NCBI GenBank assembly: GCA_964016885.1
Contig: OZ024740.1
Coordinates: 130,510,001-130,574,000, forward strand
Direction: 5' to 3'
Length of the DNA: 64,000 nt
Source: Eledone cirrhosa
Taxonomy: Eukaryota
Part shown: positions 34,105-47,879 of the stretch, one piece after another
How positions within the stretch are numbered: position 1 is the stretch's first letter
Layout of the letters: the number at the start of each line of letters is the position of its first letter
Program-made: the position numbers and the translations under genes
Notes under the pieces: model-generated
What the model was told of the DNA's origin: nothing
The model's input: only the letters and a program-made list of their open reading frames with translations
Databases searched by the model: none

Positions 34105-37100
34105 TAATGCCACACAAAAATCACGTGGAGTGACGAAACCACCGGAGATGATAAATTCACCGGTGGTTATGTAACCATACATTCGCCAATCCTCGATAAG
34201 AGTGTTTAAATGTCGAACCTAAACAGTTCGAATAACGGTGAAATGGAGACTAGAATGTCATGGGACAGACGCTCACCCAACAGGTGCACCCTGGCTCAGC
34301 AGCAGGGACCTGGCTGTCAACCAAATACTGCTGGTGTCGGAGGAAGAAGAAGAAGGAAAGGGACCACAACCAACTGGACGAAAGAATTGAATAGAACTGT
34401 TATGCAATGTTATCTGAAGAGTAACCCAAGGAGAAAGGCTACAGGAAACGGATGCATAACATCTGGAACGAGATTGGTCTATTTAAATTAGATGAACAAA
34501 AATTGGCCGGGCAGGCTCGGGTAATAAGAACTAATGGGTGGATAAGCGAGCTGGAAGTGGAGGAACTGAGCAGAGAGATTATCTTAGAGATGGAGAGTGG
34601 AGTATGCCAGGCAAACGAGCCAGTGGGAAATGAAGGTGAAGAGGTCGAGAGAACGGAGGAACCACCCGAAACAGACAATGATCAGAATGCTGAGATAAAT
34701 AATACCTGGAACAGAGATACGGCCACTGGGGAGATGAATGCTGACGGGCTAGGACAAGATTTGGTTGATATCCTAAACTTAGTGGTAGATGAATTGAACA
34801 ATGATAGTGGGAGACCTATGAACCTAAGATTTGTAGACAGGAAAAAGTTAAAAGAAACAACAGCTAAGTTAAACAAAGTCATCCCATACCTTGAGGCGAG
34901 GAGCCTTCACAAGTTCAACAATATCCTCAAAGCAACAGCAAATACGGTGAGGAAACTACTTGGTATTAATGCGAGAGGAAACACCAGACAAGAAAGAGCA
35001 GAGCCTTGGTGGAAGAAACGACTGAGTGATCAAATCAGGGAAATGAGAAATGACATTCGAAAGCTTGTGTCCCGACTGAATGGGACAATAAAAAAACAGA
35101 CACTAAAAATAAACTGGAAATAAAGTACAAAACTAGGAGGAAAAAGCTAAATATTATCATAGAGGAACTGAAGCAACGCATTGTAGCAAAGAGTGCAAAA
35201 ATCAGGCGATGCGAGAACAGAGTCAGTCAGTATAGACAGAACCGCATGTTCGACAACAACCAGAAGATGATGTTTGGACAGCTTGAAGGGAACGAAAGAG
35301 GCAACGACTTGATCCCTGAGGCGGAACAAACTAAAACATTCTGGAGAAGAATATGGGAGCAGGATGTTAAAAATAATGAACAGGCAGTGTGGATTGAGAC
35401 AGTACAGAAGGAGATTAGTGAACAGGCACACCAAGAAACTAATTCGAGTATCACAGTTGAAACTCTTAAGGGACAGGCCAAAAAACTAACCAACTGGAAA
35501 TCACCAGGCCCAGATGGTGTGCAGGGGTATTGGATTAAAAATATAACATCCCTCCACCCGAAACTGACAACCAGGTTCAATGACTGCTTGATGTCAGGTG
35601 AGGTACCAGAGTGGTTGACAAAAGGTACCACAGTTCTGATAATGAAAGACCGAATCAAGGGTAATGATGTTACCAACTATAGACCTATCACATGTCTGTC
35701 TGTAATGTGCAAACTGTTGACAAGCATTATGTCTGAGGAAATCTACCATCACCTCCACACAAACAACTTATACCGGACGAACAGAAAGGATGCCGAATGA
35801 AGTCACATGGTACAAAAGACCAGTTACTTATTGATAAGATGGTAATGAGGAATTGCAAGAGGAGACACACTGGTCTTGCCATGGGATGGATAGACTACAA
35901 AAAGGCATTTGACATGGTGCCTCATTCTTGGATCACCAAAAGCCTGGAGATCTTCAAGGTGGCAGATAACATCAGACAGTTGTTGGGCAACAGTATGAAG
36001 TCCTGGGAAACAGAGTTAACATCAACTGGAGAATCCTTGGAAAGCGTGAAGATCAAGAGAGGTATCTTCCAGGGAGATAGTCTGTCCCCTCTGTTGTTTG
36101 TCCTTGTCCTGATGCCCCTCACCAGTGTACTGCGAAAAGTGAGAGCAGGATACAGGTTGGGAAAGGTCTTACCATCACTCATCTCCTCTTCATGGACGAT
36201 CTTAAGCTCTTCGGGAAGAGTGAGAAGGAGTTGGATGTGCTTGTTGAGACTGTCCGAATTTTCAGCAATGATATATGTATGCAATTTGGTATTAGTAAAT
36301 GTGGAGTCATTGTTATTAAGAGTGGTAAGTTGAGCAGAAGTAACGGAATCCAGGTACCAGCAGGTGAGATGATAAAGGAAATTTACTCTGAAGAAGGATA
36401 CAAGTATTTGGGCGTTCTGGAGGCTGATGACATCAATAACAAAAAAATGAAGGAATTGATAAGAACTGAATACACTCGGAGAATAAGGAGCGTATTAAAG
36501 TCACATCTGAACAGTAGGAATGCCATAAATGCAGTACATTCCCTGGCTGTATCTATTATTAGGTACAGTGCGGGAATTCTGAGATGGAATGTTGCTGAAC
36601 AAAAATAAATGGATAGGAAGACTAGGAAGATATTGACTATCTACAACATGTTCCACAAGAGGAGTGATGTCGATAGACTCTACTTAAGGAGATCTGAAGG
36701 CGGAAGAGGTTTTATCAGCATAGAGGACTGTGTTCAGATGGAGAAAAACAACCTACAGAAATACGTGACTGATAGTAAGGAGCCAATGCTCAGGACTGTC
36801 CTGAAGGAGGGGACAATAGGCCAGGGGATGTCCAAGGAGGAAATAACATCAAGGAGAAAGAGCAGCCTTCAGGAAAATACCTTCATAGTACCTTCTTTGA
36901 GAAAACTGAATTAAGAGATCCACAGACATGGAACTGGTTGAAAAGAGGAGACCTTAAAAAAACTACAGGAGGAATGTTAATGGCTGCGCAGGACCAGGCC
37001 CTCAAAACGAAGTGGTTGAAATACCATATTTACAAGGAGGAGGCTAGCCCACTGTGCAGGATCTGCGGAGAGAGAGAGGAGACTGTGGCTCACATTGTAT

Positions 37101-37710
37101 CCGAATGTAATCACCTAGCCCAGACTGACTATAAGGGCTGGAGACATGATGTGATGGGTAGGGTGATCCACTGGCACCTATGCAAAGTAAACAATTTACC
37201 ACATTCTGAGAAGTGCTATGAGCATAAGCCAGAGTCGGTGATAGAAAACGATCAGGTGAAGGGGCTGTGGGATTTTGGGATACAGACGGACAAGAAACTG
37301 GAACACAAGAGGCCAGACCTGGTGGTTGTGGACAAAGAAAAAAGATCGTGTCTGATTGTGGATGTGGCCTGCCCATTCGACAGGAGAATGCAATAGAAGG
37401 AGATGGAGAAAAATAACCGATACCAGGACTTAAAGTGGGAGGTAAAAAGGATTTGGAACTGCCATGAAGTGAAAGTGATCCCGATTGTCATAGGCGCGTT
37501 AGGGACTATCTCAAAAAGTTTCTAGGGATGGTTAAAGAAAATTGGCCCCTTCACGCTTTTTGGAACGCTTCAAAAGGCATGCTTGCTCGGAACAGCAAGA
37601 ACCCTCCGATACGTCCTGAATATCTGAGGCTGCAGGTAGTGGCTTGATATTCATTTCAACAAACTTTCCAGTTAACTAACATCAATGACTGAGATTCAAA
37701 GAGTAATAAC

Positions 37711-37746
<36 letters not shown>
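34105..37746 (+). mobile_element. R4/Dong-clade LINE, family B, frameshifted; (TAA)n at the 3' end
   Basis: [63 protein letters not shown]. Confidence 0.93.
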
Positions 37747-37747
<1 letters not shown>

Positions 37748-37990
37748 TTTTCTTTATTAACCACAAGGGTTTACATAAAGTAGACATTAAGGACAGTACA
37801 GGACAATACAGGACGGTACAAATGGGCATTTCTGCGTGTAAAAAAAACAGAGGTTGAAATAAAATAACAAAGAAAAATTCCCCAATAGGGGGGAGACTTC
37901 CGAGGGACATTTGTGGAGAAAGCCCATTAAAAGACCACAGTGGCCCTGACCACCAGGGCAAGTGCCCTCTCCCAGTTTTCCACATTTAAT

Positions 37991-40900
37991 TTACAGACAC
38001 ATACTCAGAGAACGCCCATTCATTCGGGCCATACTTGCTTCTCTCACCCATCTTTCAACAAAATGCTGGGAAGAGAGCACTTCCCTCTCTACCCTGATTT
38101 TCCTTTTCAAATGAAATTTGAAAAAGTTAATCAGGGCATCACCGAAGAGGTAAGTGCTCGTCTACAACCCTTTCAAACGTGTCCACCATACTATCTCTTT
38201 CGCCATGGCCACCAGACAGATAAAAACTGCCTGCCCTTCCCGGCTAAAGGAAGGGGCGGGGCAATCCTCACGATGGACTCAGCTGATAGCTGGATCCGTC
38301 CTACACGTGACAGCAGGTGTTCGACATAAACCCACAAGTCAGCAATGCTCGGACACTGGACGAGTGCGTGCAGGACGGTTTCGTCGCCCTGCGCGCATCT
38401 CGGACATGCCCAGTTAACGGCACCTCCATGCCTGTAGAGTTTATCCCGAACTGGCAAAGCTCCTCGGTAGCACTGCCAGGCCAGGGATTTCTGGAAGTTG
38501 TCCATAGGCCCCGGCCCGAAAGTCCTTCCGAAGAGATTGGCTAGTTGATTTTCGTCGACGCCTAGACTTTCTCCAAGTACGTCCTCGCTCTTCCCCTCCA
38601 CTAATCCCCTATAGAACGCCAAGGTGGAGTTTCCACCGATCACATTGCCCAATTGGTCGAGGGCTGTGAGCGCCTGAAGACATTCCAGTCTCCAAGCGCT
38701 CCCTCTCGGTCTTCGCTTGACCCAGGACTGCAGCTCCGTCAAGGAGACGAGCTGGGGAAAAACGTGTCTAGCAAACGGCGACCACACCTGATCACCGTCG
38801 AGGAAGAGGTGGAGATGTCGTAGCCTGAGCGCGTGTCTGCGCATCATCAGCCACGGCATGCCCAGCCCTCCACGTAGCGGGTGTTGACAGCAGATGGACC
38901 GCCTGACCATCGGAGCGCGTCCCTTCCACAAGAAGCGAAAGAGCAAACGCTCCAACGCAGTCAGGCGGGGCTTAGGACAAGGTACGGCGGTCAGGCGGTA
39001 GTAGATGGCGGACGCGATGTACGCGTTAGCCACCTCCGCTCGACCTTTCAGGGATAGCTTCCTCTCGGCCCATTTCTGGGTGAGAGAAGCCACCCTGCTC
39101 GTCACCTCGTCCCAGTTTTTGTCCGTCTGGAGGTCTGGACCGAACCAGACCCCTAGCAATTTAACCGGTCCGTCCGTCCAGCGCCCGTCGACGCTGTTGA
39201 ACGGCATGGACCTGCCTCTCCAGGTGCCGAGCTGCAGGCCCACTGACTTTCCTGGTTGATCATTGCTCCTGTCACCGCTTCGTATTCTCTTAGTGTAGTG
39301 CCGATCGCCTCGATGTGTTTGGCGTTCGACACCACTACGGTGACATCGTCGGCATATGCTGACACGGATCTTCCGCATCCTAGTTCGCGCGGGACCCCCT
39401 CAACGTCTCCAGTTTGTGCAGTAATGGCTCGAGAGTCAATACGTACACTAGGGACGAGAGGGGACATCCTTGGCGGACCGAGCGCATGATGTTGAACGGT
39501 TCCGAAAGGTGACCGTTCACTCTCACTACAGAGCAGATGTCGCTGTGCATGGCAGCGATCCAGCCTCTGAAGACGGGCCCAAAGCCAGCCGCCCTCAGGA
39601 CTGCCGCTAGGTAACGATGGTCGATCCTATCGAAGGCTTTCGACTGATCTAAATTGATCAAAGACCCATCCGTGTCAAGTTCCCTAGCTACCCTCTCTAC
39701 GATGTATCGCATGAGGTGGAGGTTGTCGTGAATGGATCTGTCGGGAATGGCGCATGTCTGTGCCTCTCCTACCAGACCACCAACGACAAGCCCCAACCTC
39801 TTTGCTAGCACCTTGGCAAAAATCTTGAACTCTGTGTTTAGCAGAGTTATGGGCCTAAAATTATCTATGTTATCCCCCTTGTTCGGATCCTTTCTCAGCA
39901 GCGCCACCGCTCCTTGGCTCACAGAGCTGGGAATTCTCCCGTTCTGTTGCCTGTTGCAGAAGACGTCCGCCAAGAGGCCTCCGAACAAGTTTGGCATTTG
40001 TACGTAAAGTTCATAGGGCAGACCATCTAAACCAGGCGATTTACCCCTTGTGCAACTAGTCATTGCATCCCGTACTTCAGCGGTTGTTATCGGCTTTTCG
40101 CAACACTCCGCCTCAGTGGCCGAAATCCGCGGCAGTACGTCGAGGTAGACACTAAAGTCAATCCCTCGATCCGGCCCGCCACTGCCCCCGAACAGTTGAG
40201 CGAAGTGTCGCTGAAAATCTTCACACATTTGCCCGGGATCGAGTAGCATGCGCCCGTCGTGGTCCACCAAAGACCGGATAGTGGCTTTGTTGCCATGACG
40301 CGCTTCCGCCACTCGGGCCCATTGAGCGGCTTTCGTCCCCTCGTGTCTGAGAGCACGCACCCTAGCTCTGACAACGCAGCCTTCGTGCTTTGCATTGAAG
40401 AATTGGTCAAGGGCCAATTTCGCCGTAAGTACGTCGGTCGCGATGCCTTTGCTAAGCGCCTCCTCTAATTTTCTAACTAATTCTTCCTCTGCTATATTTT
40501 TCTCTATTGCTAAAGTCTTACTAAACCTAATGGACTCTATTCTAATTGCTCTTTTCAGAGCAAACCACCACTTGTTGTTGACGATGGCCACCGTCAACGC
40601 CCGCTTAACTAGTTCGCTAATCCGGTCTCTGTAGGCCTTGCGCGCTGGTAAGGACGCGTTTAGCTTCCAGTAGCCGGGTCCTCGTCTATGAAGCCTATCT
40701 AAGTCAAGCACACAGATCACGAATTTGTGGTCCGTATAGCTGACTATCTTGAATTGTGGACAGCCTATGCTAGATCTATCTATTTCCCTACAAAATACTC
40801 TATCTAGATATGATCTGGATGACCCTATGCGATTTGTCCAAGTCCACATTGGTACATTCGGAAAATCCATTCGGTACCTGTCAGACAGTTCAAAACGTCT

Positions 40901-41407
40901 GAGCAGGTTGGTGAGACTCTTGCACCCGCCTTCCCTATCCACTAATCCCACACAATCCCAGTGTGCATCTAAGATCCCGTTCCAGTCGCCCACTAACACT
41001 AAAGAGCGGGACGTTCCAAGAAAGGTCTCCAGACGCCGGAAGAAATCAGGCCGCCCTGCTCCTGTCGGGGCATAGACGGCCACTAACCTAAAAGCTTGGC
41101 CGTCTCCGCTGGCCACGTCCAGCACCACCAACTTGCCTTCTGGGTCCAGGAAGATGGGCCGTATGGCAAGATCCAAACCTCTCCGAAAAAGCACAGCAAC
41201 TCCTCCCCCCGATCCCGGACGGCTGGGAGATGCGTACACATCGTAGCCGCCGAAGATCGGTGCGAAAGCCTGTGCTTCGGAGATTCTGGTCTCGCTGATG
41301 GCCACTACATCTATGTTTAGTGACCTGAGGTCGTTGAGCAGGTGACCATGCTTCCATGACGACCCCAAGCCACGCGCATTTATGCTGCCTATTCTGAGTG
41401 AGGTCAT
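37991..41407 (-). pseudogene. Tx1 ORF2 (APE endonuclease + RT + CCHC), about 3 frameshifts
   Basis: SINARGL, ISET, VYAP, GDWN, SYLDR, YTDH, YWKLN, FRPITLLN, DQSKAFDR, RQGCPLS, AYADD, CPRC..ETVLHALVQC. Confidence 0.9.
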
Positions 41408-41441
41408 GTTGAAAAGGAGTGTAAAAGATAGGAAAGACCAC

Positions 41442-43293
41442 TTACCTTGCTTCTCGTAGGGGAAGGACGGTTTTTCCATCCTTTTCACTGCTTGTGGCCT
41501 CCTCAGGAAGGATGTCCTTATAAATCCTCCTGGAGAGTGCTTGTCGGAAGTTTCCGATGTCTTTGGGGAATTTTTGTTTTAGTGTCATGTACGTTTTCTG
41601 TGTGATGCGAGTGATCTGTATGTGTGGAGGTGGTGTGAATTTTGGGGTTGTTGTGTAGTCTTTTTCTGTGATGCTGGTGTTGTGTTGGATGTAGTGTAAT
41701 AATTGCTTGTTGTTCAAATTTAATGCTGTGTAGTGTGTATCGTTTTGATTGTTTTGTTTTGTTTGCGTTTGTTGTGGGTTTGTTTCTGTTTCGCATTTTG
41801 GTGACTTTTGTGGTGTAGGTGATGGTGGTGTTGGGGTTAATGATGGTGGTGGTGGTGGTGTTTGGGTTGATGGGGTTGGTGATGTTGCTGTGGATGGTGG
41901 CATATCTGTCCTAACTTTTTTGTTTCTTAGTTTATTTGTTTCCCTCTGTATTTTGTTTTTGGAGAGGGAAGGAAGAGAATTTTTTTCTTTTTTGGTTTCT
42001 TTTTTTTTCCGGATATCGTTTCCCACTCCTCGTCGTCACAATCTGTCTCCAGTTGTGATAGGCCGGGGAGTGGAAAATCCTCCACAGCCGTTAGTTTTGG
42101 TTGTGGCGTGGTGGATGGTGTAGGCGCTGGTGCTAGTTCTGAAGCGTTGGGTGGTGGTGGTGATGGTATTGCTGGTGGTGGTGGTGGTGTTGGTTTTGCT
42201 ACTGTTGCCGGGGTTGTTGCTGTTATAGTTGCTTCTGTTGTTGCTGCTACAGTTGTTGCTACCATCTCTGCTACTGGTGGTGTTGATGGTTGTGTCACTG
42301 GGGTGGGTAGGAGAGGTGGCCTGAACCTTTTAGCCTGAGGGCAGAAAGCCCTTAGGTGGGGTCCTTCACCACAAACGACACACCTAGGTCTTCTGCCCTC
42401 GACAATTACCGTGAGGTGGCTGCCGTCAGTGAGGTCTATTACCTCTGGGATCTCCTCAATGCCTTTTTGGTCCGCTTGGATCAGGAGCTCCATCCCAGAT
42501 CCGGACCAGTTCTCCTGCTTTTCTTTTGCTATTGCTATTATTTTCGTGTTGGCTTCGATGCCGGCGAGGACAGCCGCTATTACCCAGGGAATTTCGATGT
42601 CCGGTGGAATGTTGGTCACCCTGATCTTTACGCGTCTCTGGCCACTATAGCTTGGGACGAGTGTGAAGTCGTCACTTCTTAATGGGGCCATGGAGTGTTC
42701 TCTAGCCTCCTCTGGTGTTTCAAAGAACACGTCCACGGTTCCATACTTTTGCCCACGTCTGATGTGGGTTTTCCTTGCCCACACATGTCCCAAAGCTTTT
42801 TGGATTTGGGACTCGGATGCCCGTTCCACTCGGCGCGATTTTACATTTATTGTTCTATACGACACGGTGCATAGGCGCCGATGCTCCATTTTATTATGTG
42901 GGAGGGTGAGGCTGGCCCTGTACCCATCTTTGTTTACCATTTGTTTGGCATTTTCTAAATCCCCCCGAGTTAACGTATATGCTTCGAACTGTTTTGCTGC
43001 TATTGCAAAACTGAGGGGCGTTTTTATAATGTCATTGTTGTTGTTGACGCGGTGGTGCTGGTGGTGGTGGTTGTCGCGGTGGTGGTGGTGGTGGTGGTGG
43101 AGGCTTTAATACCTGCAGTCATTGGTAATGGCGGGAAATGAATGTCTGCCTGAGACAAATTCAAAATATTGCTAGAGCTTATATTTTTTTTTGTGTTGGC
43201 AAACGTAGTAACATTTACAATGGTGGTGTCGGTGTGAGGTGTTAATTTGTGAGGAAGGTTTTCAGCTGCTTCGTGCAGAGGTGAATTAGCCAT
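41442..43293 (-). pseudogene. Tx1 ORF1 (gag-like, zinc knuckle), about 2 frameshifts
   Basis: IRVTNIPPDI; RPRCVVCGEGPHLRAFCP (CX2CX4HX4C); Pro/Thr-rich tail. Confidence 0.8.
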
Positions 43294-43498
43294 TTTTTTC
43301 AAAGAAATGTTTTTGATAATAATAAAAGTTTAAATTTTGGGCCCAAGGCCCCAATCTTTTTGGGTGTCCTTTTCGGAAAACAATGTATGTGCGCTTATAA
43401 ACAGTTAATCAAATTTTCCATAAATGACAATTGTTAACAAACGGAAATAACAAACCTTTGCGGAGCTCACGATGATACGATTTACTACGTAGGTCGCC

Positions 43499-43575
<77 letters not shown>

Positions 43576-43580
43576 TAATA

Positions 43581-46500
43581 ATCACTTCGGAGCTGGAGAC
43601 CTCCCATAACTGTTGGCTCTCCATGCTCACCACCAAGAAATCCATAGAAAAAGAGTGAAAAATGGTCAAGGGATACAATAAAGAAGTTCTTGAGGCTTTC
43701 TACACTGACATGTACTACCCAACAAATAGATCGAATACAGAACAGAAATATAACAACTGAAAAAAAAACATCCCGACAACAGAGGCTACATTGACAGTAA
43801 CAAACTAGCCAATATACGAAGAAATATATCAGATTGATCAGATCAAGCTATTAGCACAAAGTCAGCCAAGGGAGAATGAAACATGCGTCAGTGAAAACGT
43901 GGTAAATTGTAACACTTCGAATCCCAGGGTTGGGGCGGAATCACTGACAACAGAACAAATTAAAGAAAGGATTGTAAAAGTGCATGCTCATGATGAAACT
44001 CAAAATAAAATGAGATCGTAAATGATAAAGAAATGAACGAGATTGAACTTGCCAACTTGAAGGATGAAATTATGATCGAATGGATGAAAATGAAAGAATC
44101 TGTCATGGGGGAACGAGACACTCTCCCTAAGATCCAGAACTCCAAACAAAACCAAAAGATAATACACAAGACTAACATAATTCTCAAAAACATTATCATC
44201 ACAAACAAACTAAACATTACTGATTTAAACCATCTCTATTATGCATCGGCTAAAGTCTCCACTCACTCATGTGGAGTGAAAATTAAAAAAACAAAGGAAT
44301 TCCCACAAGAAATCTACTTGGCAAGAGCACATCAACCGCCAAATAAACCTTCTCCGAACTGACATAGAAATTTTAACAAACTACAAAGTAGGTGAACATG
44401 TTAAACAAACTAAACTTAGAAAATTGAAAAGAAAGTACAGAATAAAATCAACAAGTGACATTGACATGCTGATAGAAATAATAAAATAAAAAGTGTCGGC
44501 CACAGCTGCTCATATAAGGCGCTTCGAAAAACGATCTAGATACTATAAGGAAAATAATATGTTCAAAAACAACCAAAGAAACTTCTACAGAAAAATTGGC
44601 AAGCCAACAATAACTGCTAAATCAATACCACCCAATTTGGAAGTGCAAGAATTCTGGGAAAAGATCTGGGCTAAACGAAAACTTCATAATATACATGCCC
44701 TATGGATAGACAGACAAATGAATGATACAGCTCTCCTTGAGGAACAAATATGGGAAAATATAACAGTTGCACAGTTGCGTTTGGCTCTTAGAAAAACCAG
44801 CAAATGGAAATCCCCAGGAAAAGACAAAATACCAGATGTTTAGATAAATGCCTTCACAGAATCTCATGAGCTGTTAGCCCAAATTTACAATGAAATAGTT
44901 AAGGAGCCAGAAAAGATACCATCATGGCTAGTTAACGGCATTACATTCCTGCTTCCGAAGAATGATGAGACAAAGAATCCCAAAAATTACAGACCGAGAG
45001 CTTGCTTGACCACAATGTATAAAATATTAACATCAGTCCTAACTAAATATACATATGACCACCTGGTAACAAATGATCTATTTCCCAATGAGAAGAAAGG
45101 GTGTAAACGAGGCTCATATGGCTGTAAGTATCAGCTATTGGTTAACAAAATGATACTGGGAGATTGCTTGGATAGATTATAAAAAAAGCATTCGATAGTT
45201 TGCCACACAGTTGGATTGAAAAATGTTTATAGATTTTCAAAATATCTCCCGTTGTCAGGAGGTTCCTGTCATTCAGTATGAAGACATGGAAAACGCCACT
45301 CCTTTTGAATAGTGAAAACAGATCACTGGAAGCTGGAGCAGTTAATATTAATCGTGGAATTTTTCAGGTTGACTCTTTATCACCGCTTCTATTCTGCATC
45401 GCACTTATACCATTAAGGAAAATGCTTAACGAAACAAAAATTTACATAAAATATGACAAAACCATTAATCGCTTGTTCTACATGGATGACATGAAACTAT
45501 TTGCAAAAAATTAGGAACAATTGCAAGGGCTATTATCCACTGTGTAGCAGTTCTGTGATGACATTAAAATGGAGTTTGGACTAGATAAATACGCCAAAGC
45601 AACGTTCACCAGAGGAAAGCTGCTCAATAGTTCAGACATTAATCTTGATCGGGGGAATGTGATAAGAGAACTTGATCAGGAGAAAACTTACAAATATATT
45701 GGTGTTTGTGAAGGAGACGGAATCAAGCGCTCGACAATGAGGGAACGGATAAGGAAGGAATGTTACCGCAGAGTAAGAGCAATCTTAAGAACGGAATTGA
45801 ATGCAAGGAATAGGATCGATGCCATAAACACGCTTGCCATACCAGCAGTAACCTACAGTTACAATGTCATCAACTGGTCAAGCACAGAGATCCGTAGGCT
45901 CGATACAAACATTAGAAAAGTCTTAACCATGCACAGAATGCATCACCCTAAGACAGATACAGATAGAATATATCACCCTAGGAAAGAAGGAGGACGTGGG
46001 TTAATCCAGTTAGATATTGCGTTCAAAACTGCAACAATTGGATTATCTACATATCTAAGTGAATCACATGATTGGATGATCAAACTCGTTTTGAAACACG
46101 ACATCATCAAAAGATTATACTGCATTTCAAAAATGCACAAAGATACAGTAATGGACTACACATTTCAGAAGTACCATTTACTGCTGAAAAGGAAAACACA
46201 TAAAATGCAAAGCAGGTAAAAGTAACTGCAAAGAAAGAACTGCTACAGGAACTGGCTAAGAAATGGCAAGAAAAGCCTATGTATGGAAAATACCCGGTAA
46301 GAGCTAACAATCCTGACGTTGACAAAACTTTAACCCATCAGTGGTTGGCATCCTCTGTACTGAAATCGGAGACTGAAGGACTGATTATATCAGTTTCTGC
46401 CAACAAAAAATTACCAAGCCAACATATGGATGCAGCCCATTATGCTGTGTATGCAAAAATCAACCAGAGACCATTGATCATATAATTTCAATGTGCAGTC

Positions 46501-47170
46501 CTATAGCTCCAACCGAATACCTAAACAGGCATGACAGTGCTGCACAATACATACATTGGATAATATGTAAGCATTTTGACCTGCCCCATCAAAAGAATTG
46601 GTGGGAGCATCAACCACCTCCCATTCTTGAAAAAGATCCCATCACAATCTTATGGAACTTTAGCATCCAAAGAGACCGAGACATAGATGCAAATAGAACT
46701 GATATAATACTGAAGGACTTTAAAAAGAAGGCATGCCTGCTAATTGATATGTCCGTTCCAATGGAGAAGAATGTATCTATAAAAACATTTGAAAAATTGA
46801 GCAAGTATAAATACCTGAAGATAGAAATTGGAAAAATGTGGAAATTGAGAAATGAAACAATACCAGTGGTTGTGGGCGCTGTAGGAGTGATACCTAAGGG
46901 GTCTAATGATTACTTATCGCAAATCCCAGGAAACCCGCGTATAGGAGAAAGACAAAAGATAGTACTATTGGTAACTGCCCATATACTAAGGAAGATTCTG
47001 TCAATATAAGTACATCACAAATCTAAACACCTAAAGATGCATGTGTGTGTATGTATGTTCTTTCTTGAACATGGCGGACCTTGTCTCTTAAGGTCACTGG
47101 TTGTGACTTGGTGATAACTCGTATGAATATAAAGCAAGATAAATGTAGCTGTAATGATAATAATAATAAT
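43581..47170 (+). mobile_element. R4/Dong LINE family A, second, slightly 5'-truncated copy between (TAA)n tracts
   Basis: Collinear with 29003-32650; preceded by (AAT)n 43499-43580. Confidence 0.93.
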
Positions 47171-47356
47171 AATTGTTGCTACTTTAGGCACAAGGCCTGC
47201 AATTACACAGTCCATTACTGGTACTTTATGTTATCGACCCCGTAAGGATGAAAGGCAAAGTCAACCTCGGCGGGATTTGAACTCTGATCGTAAAGGGACG
47301 TAACTAAGCTGGAAAGCATGGCGTCCGACCCTCTACCGATACTGCCAATCCACCGC
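47171..47356 (-). mobile_element. tRNA-derived SINE with Nin-like domain
   Basis: Minus strand A-box tggcagtatcgg, B-box gagttcaaatc, then cctttcatccttacggggtcgataa. Confidence 0.85.
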
Positions 47357-47378
47357 ATATTAATAATAATAATAATAC

Positions 47379-47707
47379 TTTCTTTATTAACCACAAGGGT
47401 TTACATAAAGTAGACATTAAGGACAGTACAGGACAATACAGGACGGTACAAATGGACACTTCTGCGTGTAAAAAACAAAAACAGAGGATGTAACAAAAAA
47501 ATAACAATGAAAAATTACCCAATAGGGGGGAGACATCCGAGGGACATTTGTGGAGAAAGCCCATAAAAGGCCACAGTGACCCTGACCACCAGGGCAAGTG
47601 CCATCTCCCAGTTTTCCACCCTTAATTTACAGACACATACTCAGTGTAGGCCCATTCACTCGTCCATTCTTGCTTCTCTCACCCATCTTTCAACAAAATG
47701 CTGGGAA
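47379..47707 (-). mobile_element. 5'-truncated Tx1 copy (3' UTR and ORF2 end) between (AAT)n tracts
   Basis: Aligns to 37749-38072. Confidence 0.9.
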
Positions 47708-47721
47708 ATAATAATAATAAT

Positions 47722-47836
47722 AATTGTTTCTACTTTTGGCAGAAGGCCAGCAATTACCCAGTACATTACTGGTACTTTACTTTATCGACCCCGTAAGGAT
47801 GAAACGCAACGTTAACCTCGGCAGGATTTCAACCCA
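47722..47836 (-). mobile_element. Partial SINE of the same family
   Basis: aattgtttctacttttggc...atcgaccccgtaaggatgaaa. Confidence 0.8.
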
Positions 47837-47879
47837 GCATGGAAATGGCCGTTCTAAACAAAATCAAGAATAAACCTGC

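Larger units (their letters stand above)
37747..43498 (-). mobile_element. Tx1-type (L1 group) LINE, apparently full length, flanked by (AAT)n on both sides
   Basis: ORF1 with CCHC knuckle; ORF2 APE-RT-CCHC; aataaa near the 3' end. Confidence 0.92.

Noticed and set aside
47290-47356. tRNA genes at SINE heads (also 59850-59918 and 63460-63535)
   Set aside because: Only A/B boxes fused to SINE bodies; no full cloverleaf
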